Shown here in pieces: positions 49,597 to 59,738 of a DNA stretch of 64,000 nt. How positions within the stretch are numbered: the stretch's first letter is position 1; each line of letters begins with the position of its first letter. The position numbers and the translations under genes are program-made. The notes beneath the pieces were generated by a model. It was not told the DNA's origin, searched no databases, and saw only the letters and a program-made list of their open reading frames with translations. The DNA comes from Bacillota bacterium (GTDB lineage Bacteria > Bacillota > Clostridia > Acetivibrionales > JAEXSP01): NCBI GenBank assembly GCA_023453795.1, contig JAEXSP010000015.1:116465-180464 (forward strand), in the 5' to 3' direction.

Positions 49597-50511
49597 ATGG
49601 AACAAAAAAGCATGACCGCACTAGTAAGTGCATTTTCAAGGGCATATCATTCAGTGCAAAACAAAGAAAAAGTATTTGATGATTACTTGGCAAAAGACAT
49701 TCTATCTCAGAATGAATACGAACAAATTGCAAGTAATATGTCAAAAGGAATCAACTTCTTCAATCCATCCTTTGAAGGTACACAGGATGAAGCCTTGCGC
49801 TGGATTGTAGATAACCAGTTATCTCCGTCACCGCTCGGCAGAGCAGCATTTGCAGAAAAATCACTTGAAAATGCTGTGCGAATTGGTGCAACACAATATT
49901 TGATTTTTGCTGCCGGATTTGATACATTTGCATATCGCCAGCCAGATTGGGCATCTAAAATTCAAATTTTCGAGCTGGATCACCCTGCTATGAGTGCTGA
50001 CAAGCAAAGGCGCATTCAAACAATAATCGCGGAAAAGCCTACTAATCTGCATTTTATACCTGCGGATTTTACTGAAGGTGCTTGGGAGCACAATTTAATT
50101 GCTTGTCCGGAATTCCAGCAAGACCAAATCAGTTTTTGCAGCTTGCTTGGAATAAGCTACTATTTGTCCAAGCAAAATTTTGCAAAGATGATCAGTACTA
50201 TTTCAGGTATTGTGCCAAAAGGCAGCAGTATTGTTTTTGATTATCCGGACGAGGATAGTTATACACCAAAGGCAGGAGAACGAGCCAAAAAGCAGGCTGC
50301 AATGGCTGGTGCAGCAAATGAAAAAATGCTTGCAAGCTATTCTTATTTAGAATTGGAGAAGCTGTTAGCCGACAGCAGCTTTTTAATTTACGAACACTTA
50401 ATACCGGATGAAATAACAGAGCAGTATTTCAAAAAATACAATGCATCCAATCCTCAACATCCTATAACGGCCTTTGATAATGTGAATTATTGTTTGGCAG
50501 TTAAAAAATAG
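49597..50511 (+). CDS. class I SAM-dependent methyltransferase (leucine carboxyl/O-methyltransferase-like)
   Basis: 'TALVSAFSRAYH...', 'QYLIFAAGFDTFAYR' and 'IFELDHP' are typical of this family. The ATG at 49597 follows AGAGGTG. Confidence 0.7.
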   Translation: MEQKSMTALVSAFSRAYHSVQNKEKVFDDYLAKDILSQNEYEQIASNMSKGINFFNPSFEGTQDEALRWIVDNQLSPSPLGRAAFAEKSLENAVRIGATQYLIFAAGFDTFAYRQPDWASKIQIFELDHPAMSADKQRRIQTIIAEKPTNLHFIPADFTEGAWEHNLIACPEFQQDQISFCSLLGISYYLSKQNFAKMISTISGIVPKGSSIVFDYPDEDSYTPKAGERAKKQAAMAGAANEKMLASYSYLELEKLLADSSFLIYEHLIPDEITEQYFKKYNASNPQHPITAFDNVNYCLAVKK

Positions 50512-50514
50512 TAT

Positions 50515-50553
50515 AAAAAAACGCCAGCGTTCGCATGGATGCTGGCGTTTTTG
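50515..50553. terminator. bidirectional rho-independent terminator
   Basis: aaaaaa-acgccagc-(12 nt)-gctggcgt-ttttg between convergent genes. Confidence 0.8.
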
Positions 50554-50554
50554 C

Positions 50555-50830
50555 TTATGTATCTGATCTCATAGCTCTTTCATTTTTACTCCACTTTCGA
50601 ATGCCAAGAAATACTGAGAGTATCGTACACAAAATGAAAGTAATTGCCAGGTTTCTCATATAACTGCTAGTAATAAAGTAACCTAAGCCTTCACCCCTAA
50701 ATAGACCTCTTACAACCGATAGAATTATTGCAGAAGGTATAGCAGCAGCAATTATCCAGTTTAGTAGCACATACAGAAACTTTCCTTGATGCCTGACTTT
50801 AGACCATTCGTCTTTATTGAATGCACCCAT
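50555..50830 (-). CDS. small membrane protein
   Basis: 91 aa with three hydrophobic segments. Confidence 0.4.
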   Translation of the reverse strand: MGAFNKDEWSKVRHQGKFLYVLLNWIIAAAIPSAIILSVVRGLFRGEGLGYFITSSYMRNLAITFILCTILSVFLGIRKWSKNERAMRSDT

Positions 50831-51048
50831 GGTCGATTTCCCCCTTTCGGAAAATTTTCATCCACCCAACATGTTCAAAGAATAAATTGAGCTATTGTAT
50901 TCTATTGCTTGTGCTACTTTCCTGTATTTACCTACATACCACCATATCACGCATTAATTACCATAGACTTCTTAATTCGAAGCATTGGATTTTGCTTTTA
51001 GATAGAAAGGAACTGTACACTAATTAATTAGTTCGGCAACTTCCACTA

Positions 51049-52758
51049 TTATACTAAACTATTTGATGCTCTTGGTCTAAAGTCAATATCCAGTTTTTCT
51101 TTTAAATAATCTTTAAGAACAAAAACTTCAATCTTGTGTGCTTTACGAGGATTATCAAGGTAATACTTTGTATACTCACCTTGAGATAATGGTGCTTCTA
51201 TTTGCATTTTCCTTTCTTCTTTATTCACATCTGTAATAATATCATTATGCTTGATTTCAGTGTCCCAGCATATAATACTATGTAGATTTTCAAAAGAATG
51301 ATTGAATTTGTCAATTAAAAAATATTTAAATTCAACGTAATAAAGCTTTGAATTATATATAGGTGCACTATCAATGCCTTTAACTATCACATCAATGCCT
51401 GAATATGTATCATAGTCAATAATCTGGAAAGGAAATAGATTATTTTTGATAGTTAAAAGCTTTAATACTAAAGAATATACTCCACTCTCTCTTTCCGGCT
51501 TTACCAAAGTCTGACCATTGAATTGACAAATGTTAGCCTTATTAACCTTTTCTATTCTCCATTTAAAATCATTTTTTTCTTTTTCAGTAGTCTTATATGC
51601 TTCTGCTTCATCTTCAAGCCATGATAAATTTCTCCAGTCATCTCCTTCAATTATTTCATCATACAATCTTTTTACTTCATCCTTTATATCGGAAATTATC
51701 TCCATAGGGGTATTATCAACTGACCCACGGTTTGCGGTTAACCTCAACCCTTGACAATTAATAAACGCATGAAATTTAGTAAATTCTGACCCTTTATATG
51801 TAATCCATTCATTTTTTTTCTGAATGGGAATAAAATCTTTACAAAGCCAAAGACCATACCTTTCTTGAACAGTATAGGAACCTTCGGGAGCAGAATATCC
51901 TGGTCTCCTTAACATATTATTATATGCCTGTTTAACTTTATTACCTTCAATAAAAAAAACAGCTTCATAACTTATTTCTGGTGAGTTTTTTAAATTTCCT
52001 GTCTTAACAATTTTTTTACAATAATAATCTGGGGCTTTTGTTAAGTGCGTTTCGAATAACTTGTCAATTGATTCAGATTGATTTGGGAAAAAATGTCCAA
52101 ATCTAATTTTATGTTCTTCTGTACTATTCAAACCTTTTAAATATATTGAATCATTTCCGTTATCAAAATAATTAAACATCATTTCAATAGAACCAAACTT
52201 TGTAAACCATTTAATGTAGTCTTCAAGTATTTCTTTAGTAAACTTTGCCTTTTGATTATTGTTGTAGCCTAAGATTATTATTTCAGTACCAGAGTCGATA
52301 TTATGACAACTTTCTTCAACCACCTTAACTGTAGGTATCTTTCTATCAAATAGCGTTGCATAAGGTTCATCCATTTCAGCAGTTAATTTAATTCCATCCT
52401 TAACTGTAATAACTTTTATGTGTGAACTATTGAAATATACTTTTGTACCATGACCCTTCTCCCCAATTAACAAAGGATATTCTCTTTTGGTTGAATTCCC
52501 CAAATCAAAAAATGCTTGGAGTTCATCTATATTCATACCTCTGCCATTATCAATAATTTTTATTTCTAATAGATTTTTCCCTTTTATAGTGATTACATTA
52601 AATATAATCCGTATTACTAAAGATTTCCCTTTGATTTTCGCATCAAATGAATTACTTATTGCTTCTCTTACTAATTCAAGTGGGTTTGAAAAGTCATTAG
52701 CTATTTCAATAAATTCTTGAGTATGGTCAACCTTTGGTTCCAAAATGAATTCTCCCAT
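51049..52758 (-). CDS. GHKL-superfamily (HSP90/MORC-type HATPase_c_3-like) ATPase with about 350-aa unassigned C-terminal region
   Basis: N-box 'ELVREAISNSFDA', G1 'IIDNGRGM' and G2 'IGEKGHGTKVYF'. No kinase H-box or TM segment. Confidence 0.7.
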   Translation of the reverse strand: MGEFILEPKVDHTQEFIEIANDFSNPLELVREAISNSFDAKIKGKSLVIRIIFNVITIKGKNLLEIKIIDNGRGMNIDELQAFFDLGNSTKREYPLLIGEKGHGTKVYFNSSHIKVITVKDGIKLTAEMDEPYATLFDRKIPTVKVVEESCHNIDSGTEIIILGYNNNQKAKFTKEILEDYIKWFTKFGSIEMMFNYFDNGNDSIYLKGLNSTEEHKIRFGHFFPNQSESIDKLFETHLTKAPDYYCKKIVKTGNLKNSPEISYEAVFFIEGNKVKQAYNNMLRRPGYSAPEGSYTVQERYGLWLCKDFIPIQKKNEWITYKGSEFTKFHAFINCQGLRLTANRGSVDNTPMEIISDIKDEVKRLYDEIIEGDDWRNLSWLEDEAEAYKTTEKEKNDFKWRIEKVNKANICQFNGQTLVKPERESGVYSLVLKLLTIKNNLFPFQIIDYDTYSGIDVIVKGIDSAPIYNSKLYYVEFKYFLIDKFNHSFENLHSIICWDTEIKHNDIITDVNKEERKMQIEAPLSQGEYTKYYLDNPRKAHKIEVFVLKDYLKEKLDIDFRPRASNSLV

Positions 52759-53108
52759 AAGTATCCCCCATTTTTAGTAATAATACTTACTATTTCTACA
52801 ATAATTATGAAATTCCTTCCATCAAATATAAAAATTCTTCTATTTAGAAGTAGACTATGGCTAAAAATAAAAAATAAAATAAAATTAAAAGACATAATTT
52901 ACTTTAATTTACTTTTATATTATAATCTTTATTGTAAAATTAATCAGAGAACTACAATTTGAAATGAATTAAACTAATAGTTCTTGCAATCAAGTCAGCT
53001 CCGGTATCATTAGTTCAAACATTCAGATGGTTCTACCCGAGATATTTCATTAAGCCGTTTTTTTAGTATTGTTTTTGATTGTATCAGCTAATTACAAGGG
53101 GGAATACT

Positions 53109-53891
53109 GTGTTTGCATTTATAGATGAAAGTGGATATCCGCACCCTAATGACACAACCCAAAATCCGGTATTGGCAGCAGTCTGTTTTTCACAAGAACA
53201 AATTAGAAGTGTAATCAAGAAAATGTATAGATTAAAAAATGAAATATATGGTGAAGGTAACAATATGGAACTTAAGGCAAAAATGGTTTTAAGACCGAGA
53301 ATTGTTGAAACAAACTCCAAACACAAAGAATTTGTGGATAGAATAATAAATGAAGTCTTATGCGGAACACCAGACACAAAGGTATTTGCTGTAGTTATGA
53401 ATAAACCTGAAAAGAAAATTGATGGACTTAACAATATTGCAAGACTTCCTAATTATTATAGACTGCTTCTACAAAGGATTAATAATTACGCACAAATATC
53501 CAATACAAAATGTGTCATTGCCTTAGATACAAAAGACGAGGGGAAAGATATAATTATTTCTAAGCAATTGAAAAACTATATTTTTAAATCTAAAGAGGGA
53601 AATAACTATTCTTCAATATTGGAAACAGCGTTTTTTGTTAACTCTAAAGTTGAAGAATGCATTCAATTAGCCGATTTATGTGCAGGCATTATCAGACATA
53701 AATATGAAACAAGCTATTCTCAAACACCACAAAATAACTTTTCAAATTGGATTAATACTCTATATAACTACTTGCAAGCGTTGACACAGAATTTACCTAA
53801 TCGCTGCTATCCTAATATTGATATTGAAAACGAGGAAAATCCAATACTGTACGGAATTTATAAAATAAACAGCAATGATCTGATTTGTTAA
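53109..53891 (+). CDS. DUF3800-family protein
   Basis: N-terminal 'FAFIDESG' and distal 'IQLADLCAG' match the two DUF3800 signature motifs. The GTG at 53109 follows AAGGGGG. The track ORF starts at TTG 53079. Confidence 0.65.
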   Translation: MFAFIDESGYPHPNDTTQNPVLAAVCFSQEQIRSVIKKMYRLKNEIYGEGNNMELKAKMVLRPRIVETNSKHKEFVDRIINEVLCGTPDTKVFAVVMNKPEKKIDGLNNIARLPNYYRLLLQRINNYAQISNTKCVIALDTKDEGKDIIISKQLKNYIFKSKEGNNYSSILETAFFVNSKVEECIQLADLCAGIIRHKYETSYSQTPQNNFSNWINTLYNYLQALTQNLPNRCYPNIDIENEENPILYGIYKINSNDLIC

Positions 53892-54030
53892 AGCATGAAT
53901 AAAAAATAATAGTATTGACAATAATAGTATTGTACACTAATATTATATTAGAGGAATTAGATAGTGATTCTTAGTAAGAGTTACATATCGGTTCTGAATA
54001 AGGGCTGAGCTAATTCCGATAAGCGAAAAT

Positions 54031-54058
54031 AAGACCAGTATATTACTGGTCTTTATTC
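54031..54058 (+). terminator. hairpin terminator downstream of the DUF3800 gene
   Basis: aagaccagta-tat-tactggtctt followed by tattc. Confidence 0.55.
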
Positions 54059-54250
54059 ATATAACAAAGTGATATCATAACTATCATTTTTATAAATTAT
54101 TCCGTTTATACAGAAATTGTTCAACTATTATAATTATATCCTACCTTACTTTGAAATACCAACTTGTTTGAATATGGGCACAAGGGTGGTCCTCCTATCT
54201 GAGGATGAATTTAAGGTATGTTTGTTCCTAAAAATCTGTTTTGACATTCT

Positions 54251-54290
54251 AAAAAACAAACACCAGTATCCTTGCGAATACTGGTGTTTT
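54251..54290 (-). terminator. terminator immediately downstream of tRNA-Arg
   Basis: acaccagtat/atactggtgt stem. The minus strand follows with tttgtttttt. Confidence 0.6.
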
Positions 54291-54365
54291 TGGCGTCCCG
54301 ACCAGGAATCGAACCCGGATCAATGGAACCGGAATCCATCGTCTTATCCATTAGACTACCGGGAC
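54291..54365 (-). tRNA. tRNA-Arg (anticodon CCG), CCA encoded
   Basis: The reverse complement reads GTCCCGG-TA-GTCT-AATGGATA-AGAC-G-ATGGA-TTCCGGT-TCCAT-TGAT-CCGGG-TTCGATT-CCTGG-TCGGGAC-G-CCA. Confidence 0.85.
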
Positions 54366-54548
54366 ATATATCATCTATCACAGTATTATAATCTATTATT
54401 GGCATATTTACAACCTCTCATTGGTGGAAGCTGCTGGAAATAGAAAACAAACAACTTAAGTACACATTATTTGCAATCGCCTTGTCTATAATAGAAAAAA
54501 AATATATACTTGTAGTACTAATAGTCAACTTACATTCAGGAGGTTTAG

Positions 54549-55517
54549 ATGTTCCCGGTGAATAAGAACCCAAAAAGCAGAAAGCAGCCCGTTTCTGAGA
54601 TAAAAATTGCAGAGTATAACGGCCTTAGGTGGATTGATATTGTAAAACCGACTAAAGCCGATATGGAAATGCTTCAGAATGAGTTCCATTTCCACGAGCT
54701 TCTTCTCGAGGACTGTATGACAGAGCACCAAAGATCGAAGGTTGATGATTTCGGTGAATACTGCTTCATTGTGCTGCATCTTCCAAGGTATAGAAAACAG
54801 CTTATAACTCTTGATTCTGAAGAGGTTGACATATTTTTGGGCAATAATTATGTAATCACTCTGCATGAGGGCGAGTTGAAGCCGCTTGTCGGTTTTTCCG
54901 AAGCCTGCCAATCCAGTTTGGATCTGAGGAAGGAGTACATGAGCGAAGGCTCCGCTCTTCTTCTTTATGAAATAATAAAAAGGCTTTTTGACTATTGCTA
55001 TCCTATGCTTGACAAGATAGGCATCCTCTTAAGCGAAATAAATAAGGATGTTTTCAAAAACACCTCCAAATCCATGCTTGAATTAATATCAAGAACAAAA
55101 ATGCAGATAATTAATTACCGCAAAGTAGTTAAGCCTCTGCGCCCTGTAATGATTACCCTTGAAAATGTCATGAATAAATACCTTACAGAGGGAATGGACA
55201 AATACTTCGATGATATAACAGACAAGATCGAAAAGATATGGGATATGCTTGAAAACTACAAGGAAGTAATTGAATCTGTCGACAATACCTTTGCCTCACT
55301 TACAAACCAACGGATGAACAATCTTATGCGCACCTTTACGATTGTCCAGGTGGTTACTCTTCCAATGGTATTGGTAGGCGGCTTGTTTTCAATGAATGTA
55401 AAGGGCATACCGATGCAGAATCTGCCCGGAGGCTTCTGGATCGTATTCGGAATGATATTGATACCCACCGGATTTATCGGCACCCTTATAATGATTAAAA
55501 GGAAAAAGTGGTTGTAA
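54549..55517 (+). CDS. corA: CorA-family magnesium/cobalt transporter
   Basis: About 320 aa with a soluble N-domain and two C-terminal TM helices. Variant GMN motif 'LFSMNVKGIP'. AGGAGG lies upstream of the ATG. Confidence 0.75.
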   Translation: MFPVNKNPKSRKQPVSEIKIAEYNGLRWIDIVKPTKADMEMLQNEFHFHELLLEDCMTEHQRSKVDDFGEYCFIVLHLPRYRKQLITLDSEEVDIFLGNNYVITLHEGELKPLVGFSEACQSSLDLRKEYMSEGSALLLYEIIKRLFDYCYPMLDKIGILLSEINKDVFKNTSKSMLELISRTKMQIINYRKVVKPLRPVMITLENVMNKYLTEGMDKYFDDITDKIEKIWDMLENYKEVIESVDNTFASLTNQRMNNLMRTFTIVQVVTLPMVLVGGLFSMNVKGIPMQNLPGGFWIVFGMILIPTGFIGTLIMIKRKKWL

Positions 55518-55533
55518 AAAAGTTCTAAAATTA

Positions 55534-56172
55534 TCAGTTTAAAAGTTTGATGATCCAGTTGTCGGTGATATAAAGCAATGCATAACTCAATAGCAGGCTC
55601 CATACATATACGCAGATAAACACCAGCCTTTTAAAGGCAGGCTGAAAATTGTAAATTACATTTATCCCTCTGGTTATTACAGCACTTCCCCAAACGGATA
55701 TCAACAGGCTTAATATATACACTGTTGAGCTATCGTACAAATCGGCGCCATTCGCCTTGCCTGCAAAATACACCATCAGGTTTGCCGGAAAGATCAGCAG
55801 GCTGGCCAATATGTATATCTTCATTAGCTTTGGGAGCTCGTCCCCTCTTGCAGGCACATCGCTTTCCTTTTTAAATCTCTTAAACAGGTCATATAGGGGC
55901 AGTGAAAAAAACAATACGTCTATAAGTCCGAAAAGAAGGATAACGACAATCATAAGAGTTATATTGTAATACATTGTCAAAGCCGGTTTATCAAATATTT
56001 TTTTATGATTATCAATTATAAAGTATATAACATCTATAAATCCAAGAATAACAATCCCCAAGTAAAGAGTCGTTTTATTATCCTTTAGCTTTCTAAAAAA
56101 ATTCTTTGGCAGTAAAAGTATGTCCAGTAGTCCTTTATAGTTCATATCTGATTCTCCTATAAGTTTTTTCAA
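55534..56172 (-). CDS. Yip1-like multi-pass membrane protein
   Basis: Five hydrophobic helices. The N-terminal 'LLDILLLPKNFFRKL' resembles the starts of Yip1-domain proteins. Confidence 0.4.
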   Translation of the reverse strand: MKKLIGESDMNYKGLLDILLLPKNFFRKLKDNKTTLYLGIVILGFIDVIYFIIDNHKKIFDKPALTMYYNITLMIVVILLFGLIDVLFFSLPLYDLFKRFKKESDVPARGDELPKLMKIYILASLLIFPANLMVYFAGKANGADLYDSSTVYILSLLISVWGSAVITRGINVIYNFQPAFKRLVFICVYVWSLLLSYALLYITDNWIIKLLN

Positions 56173-56313
56173 CCGTACTTAAATAATAATATAATTTCGC
56201 ACGGCATTAAGCAATACATTTACGACAATTTGTACTTTATTGTGTTAAACGGACATCATAGGTTCAGATGTGCTGCCAACTAAAAGGAGCAGGTTTGAAG
56301 TCCTGCTCCCTGT

Positions 56314-56664
56314 TTAAAACAACTTTGTAATCATGAGTATCAGAAATAGTATGCTGCCCGCCAGAGCAAGATTAATCGTTATATTCAGCGGGAAGGCTTT
56401 TTTCGTCCCTGGCCTCAAATTGGAAATCTTTTTTTTGTCGGCAGCACGAAAGGCATCAGCATCTTTTATGTAATTATTTATTATAAGCTCAGCTTCCTTG
56501 ATCATAAATTCATCTTTACTCTTGCTGACCTTCGCCAGAGCCCTTTTCGAGCTTGTGCCGCTTTTCCCGAGAAATTCCGGCTTTAGTATAAAGATTGCTT
56601 CTTCAATGATATTTGAAGGTATATCCTTTATAACAACAACCCTTTTGGAGTCACCACTCAACAT
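56314..56664 (-). CDS. small tail-anchored hypothetical protein
   Basis: 116 aa with a single C-terminal TM segment, 'LALAGSILFLILMITKLF'. Confidence 0.4.
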   Translation of the reverse strand: MLSGDSKRVVVIKDIPSNIIEEAIFILKPEFLGKSGTSSKRALAKVSKSKDEFMIKEAELIINNYIKDADAFRAADKKKISNLRPGTKKAFPLNITINLALAGSILFLILMITKLF

Positions 56665-56761
56665 AAATCCTCCATAATCTTCTTGATTTTACAGAGGTAG
56701 TTTATGATAATGCTGTGTAATTTATGCATTTATATATAATGTTATTTTATTTTTCAATATT

Positions 56762-59164
56762 TTACCCTACATTCTTCCATACCTTGGAGGCAAGTACTAT
56801 CATATCGTCAACGGGAGTTCCTTCACACAGCCTGTAGGCCTCATTTAAAATACTGTCAGCCATATCCTGGGGGTTGGAGGTCTCCAATTCCTGAATGAAG
56901 TCCGCAAGATCCTTTTCACCTTTCTCCGCCTTACTGAAGGCATCTAAAATCCCATCACTGGTCATTATTATAAAATCACCGTTACTTGCCTTTTTGTGAA
57001 TCAGCTCCATTTCAATGTTATTGAGAATTCCCGCCGGAAGTGTTGCAGATTTAACCGTTTCAACGCGTTCCTCCCTTTTTATGAATGTCGGTGAGGCACC
57101 TATCTTCACAAACTCAATCTCTCCTTCGTATAAATCAATGACAGACATATCTATTGTCGAGAAGGCTTCTTCATCGGACTTGAGGACCAATATGGAATTT
57201 ATCAGCTTAACTGCAGTATCCTTATCGAAGCCGGACTCCATGAATTGCTCCAAAAGGCTTATAGTTGCCCTGCTGTGAGTGGACGCCCTTTGCCCTGAGC
57301 CCATTCCGTCGCTGATGGCTATTATGTATTTTCCGTCCCCCGTGTTCATAAATGTATAGCTGTCACCCGACGGCGCATTTTCATTTCTGGGGATCTTAGA
57401 AACACCTGTCGTTACCCTGAAAGTCTCCTCCTCAACGAGCTTCAGTATGCAAAGGCTGTTTCTGGTCTTTTGGCAGCAGTCGCTGTTCTCCTTTACAATT
57501 TTTCTGCCTGTCACCTCCGAGACAAGCTTTTCTATAGTACTGATACATAATCTCTTTCCGCCGCAGCCCTTGTGGAAAATGCTTATCTCATATTTGCCCC
57601 ATTTATTTTCAAATACTATTGCATCAGTTACCTTAATACCCTCCCTGTTAAGTACTGCTACAACAGCATCCTCAATATTTGCCCTGAAGTGTATGTCCAT
57701 ATTGATTTCGGAAGCAAGGTTGGATACAATCTTTGACAAGCCATCCAATTGCTGGGACACAAGTTCCCTGCTTTCTCCGACCTTGTTCTTCCAGGCCATG
57801 TCTACCTTGTATATTTCATATACATTATTTACAGCCTTTACGAAATCATTTACCCTTTCGCACCTTTCAATGAAATATTCCGGTATGTCCGAGCTTTCTA
57901 TCCGTCCCTTGGCATCAAGCCTCTCAAACACCTTGAACATTATAAGATATGTATTATAAAAGTTCCTGTCCCAGCAATGCAGGCAAAGGCTGCAGTCTTT
58001 ACAGACATGGTCTGCCACCCTGTCAAACAGAGCAGTAATATCCTGTTTCTCCGTAGTGACGCTGATTTCCGATATTTCTCCAAAGGTTTTTGCCAATTCC
58101 TTAAAGGTTCTTGAGAACTTATTGAGTTTTTCTACAGTTATTTCCTTCATCCTTGAGCTATAGCTTATTTTCTCTCCGTTACTCTCGCAGCTTCTGTCAA
58201 AGAAGCCGACAAACGACAGGATGAATCTTTTGGGAACAAGCATAAAAATGATTACAGCCAGTATGATCTCCTTGAGGTATATAAGTACGTCCATAGAACC
58301 GTTTATATATAACGTCATGATTGCGTTTCCCATAATGAAGCCTAAGGAGGCGCCCGCCTTTCCGAGGTTTTTAAATATTCCCGAAAGGAGGCCGCAAAAT
58401 GCGTAGGAGGCTATTACCAAAGGAGTTGCCGTTGTATTCATACTGACGATAAGACCAACAGTGACCCCTATGGCGGAACCGACACCAGAACCGTATTTAT
58501 AACTGCACATAAGAATAATGAGTATGCAGAGAATATTTTTTATATTAAAGCCCAGAATCGAGGTGCTCGCCATCCCTGAAACGGCTATAGCTGTGAAAAT
58601 AGCGGTGCTTATCATTTCCTCATTGGTGAAAACACTTTTTCTTTTTATGTCGCATATTACAGGCAGTGCGTTTCTAAAAACAAACATAAGCGAAAATACG
58701 ATGAAAGACTCAAGCAAGGAGCGGAGCAAATCATATAGGAGAAATCCCTGTAGATAAACTACTACAATTTCCGGGATAAGTATGCTTATAAAGCCTGTTA
58801 CGGCATATCTGACATTCTCCCGGGATTTCAAGTTTTTGAAAGGTATGCTTAATGCATTAAAAAGAAACATGGCTGAAGCAGTTATATATATTTGAACAAC
58901 GGCTCCATTTGTTATCATTCCTGCTATAATTGATATAGCGAGAAATAGCCTGTTTACTTCCATTCCTATTGAAGCAGCGTAAAGAACAATCCCGAAGGGC
59001 ATGATCCCACCGGCAAAAGAAGCCCTGCCGAAAAGGAATGCCAGCGGCACAAGTATGGCAGTATTCCTTGAAAAAACGCTGCTGAATATCTTTTTCCCTT
59101 TTGTTTTTGCCAGTTCACTTCCTAAACTGCTTAATCTTCGATACGGTAAAACCTCTGTTTTCAT
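56762..59164 (-). CDS. spoIIE: stage II sporulation protein E (membrane PP2C phosphatase)
   Basis: About 10 N-terminal TM helices. C-terminal PP2C motifs 'IAISDGMGSG' and 'IIMTSDGILD'. GGGAGG lies upstream of the ATG at 59164. The track ORF extends to 59251. Confidence 0.85.
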   Translation of the reverse strand: MKTEVLPYRRLSSLGSELAKTKGKKIFSSVFSRNTAILVPLAFLFGRASFAGGIMPFGIVLYAASIGMEVNRLFLAISIIAGMITNGAVVQIYITASAMFLFNALSIPFKNLKSRENVRYAVTGFISILIPEIVVVYLQGFLLYDLLRSLLESFIVFSLMFVFRNALPVICDIKRKSVFTNEEMISTAIFTAIAVSGMASTSILGFNIKNILCILIILMCSYKYGSGVGSAIGVTVGLIVSMNTTATPLVIASYAFCGLLSGIFKNLGKAGASLGFIMGNAIMTLYINGSMDVLIYLKEIILAVIIFMLVPKRFILSFVGFFDRSCESNGEKISYSSRMKEITVEKLNKFSRTFKELAKTFGEISEISVTTEKQDITALFDRVADHVCKDCSLCLHCWDRNFYNTYLIMFKVFERLDAKGRIESSDIPEYFIERCERVNDFVKAVNNVYEIYKVDMAWKNKVGESRELVSQQLDGLSKIVSNLASEINMDIHFRANIEDAVVAVLNREGIKVTDAIVFENKWGKYEISIFHKGCGGKRLCISTIEKLVSEVTGRKIVKENSDCCQKTRNSLCILKLVEEETFRVTTGVSKIPRNENAPSGDSYTFMNTGDGKYIIAISDGMGSGQRASTHSRATISLLEQFMESGFDKDTAVKLINSILVLKSDEEAFSTIDMSVIDLYEGEIEFVKIGASPTFIKREERVETVKSATLPAGILNNIEMELIHKKASNGDFIIMTSDGILDAFSKAEKGEKDLADFIQELETSNPQDMADSILNEAYRLCEGTPVDDMIVLASKVWKNVG

Positions 59165-59559
59165 CTTTTGTGGCCTCCCTGATTTTTTAATAAGTCCGTT
59201 TTTTAGCCGGCAGACTCGATTATAAATAAACCCCGGGAAAATGTTTGTCATTTTTGGTTGCCTGTATCAAAGATTATTTTGACAGATATCTTCAAAAGAT
59301 AACGGATAATTAAGTTTGAATTAGTTGAACCGGTAAGCGTTTGAAGTTTGAGGTTGTATGCAAAAGGGAGGATTTTGCGGTTTTTAGTCATAAAGTCAGC
59401 AATTTACCTATATAAAATACATTAAATATCTTATCATGAATTTGCATTCCAGGAACCGAATGCAAATAATTCAAATATGTAATTAATTTATTTTATTACA
59501 GATGTAATAAGTTGAATTAAGCTCATTGTTTAATAAGTAACTTAATTCAACTTATATAA

Positions 59560-59604
59560 TAAAAAAATAAGCTGCCGACAAATTCACATTCATCGGCAGC
59601 TTAT
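59560..59604 (-). terminator. rho-independent terminator downstream of the discoidin/FN3 gene
   Basis: ataagctgccga/tcggcagcttat stem. The minus strand follows with ttttttt. Confidence 0.75.
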
Positions 59605-59738
59605 TTATGTGGTTAAGTCCATTTGCTTGAAATTAATCTATATAAGTTGAATTAAATAATTAGTGCGAAAGCAAGCAAAATATCCAACGATTCTGGGGAT
59701 TTTTGCGACGCTTGAGTACATAATTATTTTCAACTTAT

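Noticed and set aside
54117-54443. 108-aa plus-strand and 64-aa minus-strand ORFs.
   Set aside because: Both overlap the tRNA-Arg gene and its terminator, and neither has coding support.
54366-54548. Possible Mg2+ (M-box) riboswitch upstream of corA.
   Set aside because: I could not find the conserved M-box core or a convincing multi-helix fold in the 180-nt leader. The region reads as an ordinary AT-rich promoter and SD region.
59270-59290. A 'tttgaca' sequence (TGTCAAA on the minus strand) upstream of spoIIE that resembles a Spo0A box (TGTCGAA).
   Set aside because: It is a single one-mismatch heptamer in AT-rich DNA, which is not enough to call a regulatory site.
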